Part shown: positions 54,588 through 64,000 of the stretch, piece after piece | How the letters are laid out: every line of letters begins with the position of its first letter | Numbering within the stretch: the first letter of the stretch is position 1 | DNA from: Eledone cirrhosa | Taxonomy: Eukaryota | Reading direction: 5' to 3' | Length of the DNA stretch: 64,000 nucleotides | Assembly: GCA_964016885.1 (NCBI GenBank) | Contig: OZ024747.1 | Coordinates: forward strand, 29,450,001 to 29,514,000 | Translations under genes and position numbers: made by a program | Notes under the pieces: model-generated | Told to the model about the DNA's origin: nothing | Databases searched by the model: none | Seen by the model: only the letters and a program-made list of their open reading frames with translations

Positions 54588-57500
54588 AATTGATTATTTT
54601 AGGTTTTTCACAAATTGATCATTTTACACAGTATTTCGAAAAATTGTTTTTTTTCAGAAAACATTGATTTTTTTTCTTTCGAAATATATACTTTCTGATT
54701 TCGAAAATTGATATATATTTTGTATTTTTTAAAAGTTTTTCAACGTGTCGAAACATAATGTATAAACGCATTTTTTCCAAATACCGTGTAAAATGATCTA
54801 TTTGTGAAAAAGCTAAAAAAAATCAATTATAGAAATCGGAAGTAAATATTTCGAAAAGTATAAAAAAATTGATTATTTTAGGTTTTTCACAAATTGATCA
54901 TTTTACACAGTATTTCGAAAAATTGTTTTTTTTCCAAAAAGATTGATTTTTTTTCTTTCGAAATATATACTTTCTGATTTCGAAAATTGATATATATTTT
55001 GTATTTTTCAAATATTTTTCAACGTGTCGAAACACAATGTATAAACGCATTTTTTTGAAAAAAAACATTTTTTCCAAATACTGTGTAAAATGATCAATTT
55101 GTGAAAAACCTAAAAAAATCAATTTTAGAAATCAGAAGTAAATATTTCGAAAAGTATGAAAAAATTGATTGTTTTAGGTTTTTCACAAATTGATCATTTT
55201 ACACAGTATTTCGAAAAATTGTTTTGTTATCAAAAAATATTGATTTTTTTTCTTTCGAAATATATACTTTCTGATTTCGAAAATTGATATATATTTTGTA
55301 TTTTTCAAATATTTTTCAACGTGTTGAAACAATGTATAAACGCATTTTTTTGAAAAAAAACATTTTTTCCAAATACTGTGTAAAATGATCAATTTGTGAA
55401 AAACCTAAAATAATCAATTTTAGAAATCAGAAGTAAATATTTCGAAAAGTATGAAAAAATTGATTATTTTAGGTTTTTCACAAATTGATCATTTTACACA
55501 GTGTTTCGAAAAATTGTTTTTCTATCAAAAAAGATTGATTTTTTTTCTTTCGAAATATATACTTTCTGATTTCGAAAATTGATATATATTTTGTATTTTT
55601 TAAACACAATGTATAAACGCATTTTTTCCAAATACTCTCTAAAATGATCAATTTGTGAAAAACGTAAAAAAATCAATTTTAGAAGTTAGAAGTAAATATT
55701 TCGAAAAGTATAAAAAAATTGATTATTTTAGGTTTTTCACAAATTGATCATTTTACACAGTATTTCGAAAAATTGTTTTTTTATCAAAAAAGATTGATTT
55801 TTTTTTTTCGAAATATATACTTTCTGATTTCGAAAATTGATATATATTTTGTATTTTTCAAATATTTTTCGACGTGTCGAAACACAATGTATGAACGCAT
55901 TTTTTTGAAAAAAAACATTTTTTCCAAATACTGTGTAAAATGATCAATTTGTGAAAAACCTAAAAAAATCAGTTTTAGAAATCAGAAGTAAATATTTCGA
56001 AAAGTATAAAAAAATTGATTATTTTAGGTTTTTCACAAATTGATCATTTTACACAGTATTTCGAAATATCGTTTTTTTTCAAAAAACATTGATTTTTTTT
56101 CTTTCGAAATATATACTTTCTGATTTCGAAAATTGATATATATTTTGTATTTTTCAAACACAATGTATAAACGCATTTTTTGGAAAAAAAAAATTTTTTC
56201 CAAATACTCTGTAAAATGATCAATTTGTGAAAAACCTAAAAAAATCAATTTTAGAAGTTACAAGTAAATATTTCGAAAAGTATAAAAAAATTGATTATTT
56301 TAGGTTTTTCACAAATTGATCATTTTACACAGTATTTCGAAAAATTGTTTTTTCATGAAAAAAGATTGATTTTTTTTCGTTCGAAATATATACTTTCTGA
56401 TTTCGAAAATTGATATATATTTTGTATTTTTAAAAAATTTTTCAACGTGTCGAAACGCAATGTATAAACGCATTTTTTTGAAAAAAAAACATTTTTTCCA
56501 AATACTGTGTAAAATGATCAATTTGTGAAAAACCTAAAAAAATCAATTTTAGAAATCAGAAGTAAATATTTCGAAAAGCATAAAAAAATTGATTATTTTA
56601 GGTTTTTCACAAATTGATCATTTTACACAGTATTTCGAAAAATTATTTTTTTTCAAAAAACATTGATTTTTTTTCTTTCGAAATATATACTTTCTGATTT
56701 CGAAAATTGATATATATTTTGTATTTTTCAAACACAATGTATAAACGCATTTTTTTGAAAAAAAACATTTTTTCCAAATACTCTGTAAAATGATCAATTT
56801 GTGAAAAACCTAAAAAAATCAATTTTAGAAGTTAGAAGTAAATATTTCGAAAATTGATTATTTTAGGTTTTTCACAAATTGATCATTTTACACAGTATTT
56901 CGAAAAATTGTTTTTTTATCAAAAAACATTGATTTTTTTTCTTTCGAAATATATACTTTCTGATTTCGAAAATTGATATATATTTTGTATTTTTCAAATA
57001 TTTTTCAACGTGTCGAAACACAATGTATAAACGCATTTTTTTGAAAAAAAACATTTTTTCCAAATACACAATTTGTGAAAAACCTAAAAAAATCAATTTT
57101 AGAAGTTAGAAGTAAATATTTCGAAAAGTATGAAAAAATTGATTGTTTTAGGTTTTTCACAAATTGATCATTTTACACAGTATTTCGAAAAATTTTTTTT
57201 TTTCAAAAAAGATTGATTTTTTTTCTTTCGAAATATATACTTTCTGATTTCGAAAATTGATATATATTTTGTATTTTTAAAAAGTTTTTCAACGTGTCGA
57301 AACATAATGTATAAACGCATTTTTTCCAAATACTATGTAAAATGATGTATTTGTGAAAAACCTAAAAAAATCAATTTTAGAAATCGGAAGTAAATATTTC
57401 GAAAAAAAAATTGATTATTTTAGGTTTTTCACAAATTGATCACTTTACACAGCAATTCGAAAAATTGTTTTTTTTATCAAAAAAGATTGATTTTTTTTCT

Positions 57501-59569
57501 TTCGAAATATATACTTTCTGATTTCGAAAATTGATATATATTTTGTATTTTTAAAAAATTTTTCAACGTGTCGAAACGCAATGTATAAACGCATTTTTTT
57601 GAAAAAAAACATTTTTTCCAAATACTATGAAAAATGATGAATTTGTGAAAAACCTAAAAAAATCAATTTTAGAAATCAGAAGTAAATATTTCGAAAAGTA
57701 TAAAAAAATTGATTATTTTAGGTTTTTCACAAATTGATCATTTTACACAGTATTTCGAAAAATTGTTTTTTTATCAAAAAAGATTGATTTTTTTTCTTTC
57801 GAAATATATACTTTCTGATTTCGAAAATTGATATATATTTTGTATTTTTCAAACACAATGTATAAACGCATTTTTTTGAAAAAAAACATTTTTTCCAAAT
57901 ACTGTGTAAAATGATCAATTTGTGAAAAACCTAAAAAAATCAATTTTAGAAATCAGAAGTAAATATTTCGAAAAGTATAAAAAAATTGATTATTTTAGGT
58001 TTTTCACAAATTGATCATTTTACACAGTATTTCGAAAAATTGTTTTTTTTCAGAAAACATTGATTTTTTTTTCTTTAGAAATATATACTTTCTGATTTCG
58101 AAAATTGATATATATTTTGTATTTTTCAAATATTTTTCAACGTGTTTGAAACACAATGTATAAACGCATTTTTTTGAAAAAAAACATTTTTTCCAAATAC
58201 TGTGTAAAATGATCAATTTGTGAAAAACCTAAAAAAATCAATTTTAGAAATCAGAAGTAAATATTTCGAAAAGTATGAAAAAATTGATTGTTTTAGGTTT
58301 TTCACAAATTGATCATTTTACACAGTATTTCGAAAAATTGTTTTGTTATCAAAAAATATTGATTTTTTTTCTTCCGAAATATATACTTTCTGATTTCGAA
58401 AATTGATATATATTTTGTATTTTTCAAATATTTTTCAACGTGTTGAAACACAATGTATAAACGCATTTTTTTGAAAAAAAACATTTTTTCCAAATACTGT
58501 GTAAAATGATCAATTTGTGAAAAACTTAAAATAATCAATTTTAGAAATCAGAAGTAAATATTTCGAAAAGTATAAAAAAATTGATTATTTTAGGTTTTTC
58601 ACAAATTGATCATTTTACACAGTGTTTCGAAAAATTGTTTTTTTATCAAAAAAGATTGATTTTTTTTCTTTCGAAATATATAATTTCTGATTTCGAAAAT
58701 TGATATATATTTTGTATTTTTTAAACACAATGTATAAACGCATTTTTTCCAAATACTCTGTAAAATGATCAATTTGTGAAAAACGTAAAAAAATCAATTT
58801 TAGAAGTTAGAAGTAAATATTTCGAAAAGTATAAAAAAAATTGATTATTTTAGGTTTTTCACAAATTGATCACTTTACACAGTAATTCGAAAAATTGTTT
58901 TTTTTATCAAAAAAGATTGATTTTTTTTCTTTCGAAATATATACTTTCTGATTTCGAAAATTGATATATATTTTGTATTTTTCAAACACAATGTATAAAC
59001 GCATTTTTTTGAAAAAAAACATTTTTTCCAAATACTGTGTAAAATGATCAATTTGTGAAAAACCTAAAATAATCAATTTTAGAAATCAGAAGTAAATATT
59101 TCGAAAAGTATAAAAAAATTGATTATTTTAGGTTTTTCACAAATTGATCATTTTACACAGTGTTTCGAAAAATTGTTTTTTTATCAAAAAAGATTGATTT
59201 TTTTTCTTTCGAAATATATACTTTCTGATTTCGAAAATTGATATATATTTTGTATTTTTTAAACACAATGTATAAACGCATTTTTTCCAAATACTCTGTA
59301 AAATGATCAATTTGTGAAAAACGTAAAAAAATCAATTTTAGAAGTTAGAAGTAAATATTTCGAAAAGTATAAAAAAATTGATTATTTTAGGTTTTTCACA
59401 AATTGATCATTTTACACAGTATTTCGAAAAATTGTTTTTTTATCAAAAAAGATTGATTTTTTTTCTTTCGAAATATATACTTTCTGATTTCGAAAATTGA
59501 TATATATTTTGTATTTTTCAAATATTTTTCAACGTGTCGAAACACAATGTATAAACGCATTTTTTTGAA

Positions 59570-62500
59570 AAAAAACATTTTTTCCAAATAATGTGTAAAA
59601 TGATCAATTTGTGAAAAACCTAAAAAAATCAATTTTAGAAATCAGAAGTAAATATTTCGAAAAGTATAAAAAAATTGATTATTTTAGGTTTTTCACAAAT
59701 TGATCATTTTACACAGTATTTCGAAAAATTGTTTTTTTATCAAAAAAGATTGATTTTTTTTCTTTCGAAATATATAATTTCTGATTTCGAAATTTGATAT
59801 ATAATTTGTATTTTTCAAAAATTTTTCAACGTGTTGAAACACAATGTATAAACGCATTTTTTGAAAGAAAACATTTTTTCCAAATACTGTGTAAATTGAT
59901 CAATTTGTGAAAAACCTAAAAAAAATCAATTTTAGAAATCAGAAGTAAATATTTCGAAAAGTGTAAACAAATTGATTATTTTAGGTTTTTCACAAATTGA
60001 TCATTTTACACAGTATTTCGAAAAATTGTTTTTTTCCAAAAAAGATTGATTTTTTTTCTTTCGAAATATCTACTTTCTGATTTCGAAAATTGTTATATAT
60101 TTTGTATTTTTAAAAAATTTTTCAGCGTGTATGTATAAATCTATAAACGCATTTTTTCCAAATACTGTGTAAAATGATCAATTTGTGAAAAACCTAAAAA
60201 AACCAATTTTAGAAATCAGAAGTAAATATTTCGAAAAGTATAAAAAAATTGATTATTTTAGGTTTTTCACAAATTGATCATTTTACACAGTATTTCGAAA
60301 AATTGTTTTTTTTTAAAAAACATTGATTTTTTTTCTTTCGAAATATATACTTTCTGATTTCGAAAATTGATATATATTTTGTATTTTTAAAAAGTTTTTC
60401 AACGTGTCGAAACATAATGTATAAACGCATTTTTTCCAAATACTGTGTAAAATGATCTATTTGTGAAAAAGCTAAAAAAATCAATTTTAGAAATCGGAAG
60501 TAAATATTTCGAAAAGTATAAAAAAATTGATTATTTTAGGTTTTTCACAAATTGATCATTTTAAACAGTATTTCGAAAAATTGTTTTTTTTCCAAAAACA
60601 TTGATTTTTTTTCTTTCGAAATATATACTTTCTGATTTAGAAAATTGATATATATTTTGTATTTTTCAAACACAATGTATAAACGCATTTTTTTGAAAAA
60701 AAACCTTTCTTCCAAATAGTGTGTAAAATGATCAATTTGTGAAAAACCTAAAAAAATCAATTTTAGAAATCAGAAGTAAATATTTCGAAAAGTATAAAAA
60801 AATTGATTATTTTAGGTTTTTCACAAATTGATCATTTTACACAGTATTTCGAAAAATTGTTATTTTATCAAAAAACATTGATTTTTTTTCTTTCGAAATA
60901 TATACTTTCTGATTTCGAAAATTGATATATATTTTGTATTTTTCAAACACAATGTATAAACGCATTTTTTTGAAAAAAAACATTTTTTCCAAATACTGTG
61001 TAAAATGATCAATTTGTGAAAAACCTAAAAAAATCAATTTTAGAAGTTAGAAGTAAATATTTCGAAAAGTATAAAAAAATTGATTATTTTAGGTTTTTCA
61101 CAAATTGATCATTTTACACAGTATTTCGAAAAATTGTTTTTTTTCAAAAAAGATTGATTTTTTTTCTTCCGAAATATATACTTTCTGATTTCGAAAATTG
61201 ATATATATTTTGTATTTTTCAAACACAATGTATAAACGCATTCTTTTGAAAAAAAACATTTTTTCCAAATACTCTGTAAAATGATCAATTTGTGAAAAAC
61301 CTAAAAAAATCAATTTTAGAAGTTAGAAGTAAATATTTCGAAAAGTATAAAAAAATTGATTATTTTAGGTTTTTCACAAATTGATCATTTTACACAGTAT
61401 TTTGAAAAATTGTTTTTTTATCAAAAAAGATTGATTTTTTTTCTTTCGAAATATATACTTTCTGATTTCGAAAATTGATATATATTTTGTATTTTTCAAA
61501 CACAATGTATAAACGCATTTTTTTGAAAAAAACCATTTTTTCCAAATAATGTGTAAAATGATCAATTTGTGAAAAACCTAAAAAAATCAATTTTAGAAAT
61601 CAGAAGTAAATATTTCGAAAAGTATAAAAAAATTGATTATTTTAGGTTTTTCACAAATTGATCATTTTACACAGTATTTCGAAAAATTGTTTTTTTATCA
61701 AAAAAGATTGATTTTTTTTCTTTCGAAATATATAATTTCTGATTTCGAAATTTGATATATAATTTGTATTTTTCAAAAATTTTTCAACGTGTTGAAACAC
61801 AATGTATAAACGCATTTTTTGAAAGAAAACATTTTTTCCAAATACTGTGTAAATTGATCAATTTGTGAAAAACCTAAAAAAAATCAATTTTAGAAATCAG
61901 AAGTAAATATTTCGAAAAGTGTAAACAAATTGATTATTTTAGGTTTTTCACAAATTGATCATTTTACACAGTATTTCGAAAAATTGTTTTTTTTCAAAAA
62001 AGATTGATTTTTTTTCTTTCGAAATATCTACTTTCTGATTTCGAAAATTGTTATATATTTTGTATTTTTAAAAAATTTTTCAGCGTGTATGTATAAATCT
62101 ATAAACGCATTTTTTCCAAATACTGTGTAAAATGATCAATTTGTGAAAAACCTAAAAAAACCAATTTTAGAAATCAGAAGTAAATATTTCGAAAAGTATA
62201 AAAAAATTGATTATTTTAGGTTTTTCACAAATTGATCATTTTACACAGTATTTCGAAAAATTGTTTTTTTTTAAAAAACATTGATTTTTTTTCTTTCGAA
62301 ATATATACTTTCTGATTTCGAAAATTGATATATATTTTGTATTTTTAAAAAGTTTTTCAACGTGTCGAAACATAATGTATAAACGCATTTTTTCCAAATA
62401 CTGTGTAAAATGATCTATTTGTGAAAAAGCTAAAAAAATCAATTTTAGAAATCGGAAGTAAATATTTCGAAAAGTATAAAAAAATTGATTATTTTAGGTT

Positions 62501-64000
62501 TTTCACAAATTGATCATTTTAAACAGTATTTCGAAAAATTGTTTTTTTTCCAAAAACATTGATTTTTTTTCTTTCGAAATATATACTTTCTGATTTAGAA
62601 AATTGATATATATTTTGTATTTTTCAAACACAATGTATAAACGCATTTTTTTGAAAAAAAACCTTTCTTCCAAATAGTGTGTAAAATGATCAATTTGTGA
62701 AAAACCTAAAAAAATCAATTTTAGAAATCAGAAGTAAATATTTCGAAAATTATAAAAAAATTGATTATTTTAGGTTTTTCACAAATTGATCATTTTACAC
62801 AGTATTTCGAAAAATTGTTATTTTATCAAAAAACATTGATTTTTTTTCTTTCGAAATATATACTTTCTGATTTCGAAAATTGATATATATTTTGTATTTT
62901 TCAAACACAATGTATAAACGCATTTTTTTGAAAAAAAACATTTTTTCCAAATACTGTGTAAAATGATCAATTTGTGAAAAACCTAAAAAAATCAATTTTA
63001 GAAGTTAGAAGTAAATATTTCGAAAAGTATAAAAAAATTGATTATTTTAGGTTTTTCACAAATTGATCATTTTACACAGTATTTCGAAAAATTGTTTTTT
63101 TTCAAAAAAGATTGATTTTTTTTCTTCCGAAATATATACTTTCTGATTTCGAAAATTGATATATATTTTGTATTTTTCAAACACAATGTATAAACGCATT
63201 CTTTTGAAAAAAAACGCATTTTTTCCAAATACTCTGTAAAATGATCAATTTGTGAAAAACCTAAAAAAATCAATTTTAGAAGTTAGAAGTAAATATTTCG
63301 AAAAGTATAAAAAAAATTGATTATTTTAGGTTTTTCACAAATTGATCATTTTACACAGTATTTTGAAAAATTGTTTTTTTATCAAAAAAGATTGATTTTT
63401 TTTCTTTCGAAATATATACTTTCTGATTTCGAAAATTGATATATATTTTGTATTTTTCAAACACAATGTATAAACGCATTTTTTTGAAAAAAAACATTTT
63501 TTCCAAATACTGTGTAAAATGATCAATTTGTGAAAAACCTAAAAAAATCAATTTTAGAAGTTAGAAGTAAATATTTCGAAAAGTATAAAAAAATTGATTA
63601 TTTTAGGTTTTTCACAAATTGATCATTTTACACAGTATTTCGAAAAATTGTTTTTTTATCAAAAAAGATTGATTTTTTTTCTTTCGAAATATATAATTTC
63701 TGATTTCGAAATTTGATATATATTTTGTATTTTTCAAACACAATGTATAAACGCATTTTTTTGAAAAAAAACATTTTTTCCAAATACTGTGTAAATTGAT
63801 CAATTTGTGAAAAACCTAAAAAAATCAATTTTAGAAATCAGAAGTAAATTTTTCGAAAAGTGTAAACAAATTGATTATTTTAGGTTTTTCACAAATTGAT
63901 CATTTTACACAGTATTTCGAAAAATTGTTTTTTTTCAAAAAAGATTGATTTTTTTTCTTTCGAAATATCTACTTTCTGATTTCGAAAATTGTTATATATT
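59570..64000 (+). repeat. 7-monomer higher-order repeat (1958 bp), two copies plus a diverged partial third
   Basis: Offsets of 1958: 60278/62236, 60545/62503 and 60837/62795. Private markers CAGCGTGTATGTATAAATC and CCTTTCTTCCAAATAGTG occur in both copies. Confidence 0.9.

Larger units (their letters stand above)
24430..64000 (+). repeat. AT-rich tandem satellite; consensus monomer about 296 bp with common 276- and 278-bp deletion variants; roughly 140 head-to-tail copies, running off the window end
   Basis: Monomer starts (AATTGATTATTTTAGGTTTTTCACAAATTGATCATTTTACACAGTATTTCGAAA; the first copy has TCAGG for TTAGG) at 24430, 24727, 24985 and onward. No inversion or unique insertion seen. Confidence 0.98.

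Noticed and set aside
24450-63828. Repeated 60-78 aa ORFs ([12 protein letters not shown]...) as a tandem small-protein family
   Set aside because: There is about one per satellite monomer, mostly with TTG starts. They are K/F/I-rich from A/T tracts and freely frameshifted by 20-bp and homopolymer indels. A similar peptide appears on the opposite strand simply because of the inverted arms.
24430-64000. CRISPR array (palindromic repeats at regular spacing)
   Set aside because: Intervening sequences are themselves repeated rather than unique spacers, the unit is about 280 bp, there are no cas genes, and the context is eukaryotic telomeric DNA.
24430-64000. CENP-B box
   Set aside because: TTCG is frequent and one variant has AACGGG, but the spaced TTCG....A..CGGG pattern is not present.
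1-64000. Telomere-specific retrotransposon or autonomous transposon (TRAS/SART, HeT-A/TART, Penelope/Athena-like, DDE transposase)
   Set aside because: There is no reverse transcriptase, endonuclease or transposase coding sequence, no poly(A)-tailed insert, and no unique sequence anywhere in the window.
1-64000. Assigning a host species or a named satellite family
   Set aside because: TTAGGG is shared by many animals, fungi and protists, and I do not recognise the monomer. A database search is required.

Overview
The window is entirely eukaryotic tandem-repeat DNA, and I find no credible protein-coding or RNA gene. It has two domains joined at a single sharp junction at 24429/24430. (1) 1-24429 is a heavily degenerate (CCCTAA)n/(TTAGGG)n telomere-type array, C-rich on +, so any chromosome end would lie to the left. 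Its variant hexamers are not random: they form recurring modules and nested higher-order duplications (305, 490, about 651 bp, about 2.3 kb, about 7.55 kb, about 22.2 kb). (2) 24430-64000 is an AT-rich satellite of roughly 140 monomers (mostly 276-297 bp). Each monomer carries about 74-bp inverted arms plus a second, interlaced inverted pair of about 36 bp. Monomers are arranged in higher-order repeats (2-, 6-, 7- and repeatedly 13-mers of about 3.66 kb). The strongest candidate for a new system is a recombination- or template-copied, modular variant-telomere array fused at 4-bp microhomology to the outer edge of a foldback/MITE-like palindromic satellite, possibly a telocentric or subtelomeric architecture. 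The host species and true chromosomal position cannot be determined from this window. Coordinates and offsets were read by eye and from the ORF track, so block edges are approximate.
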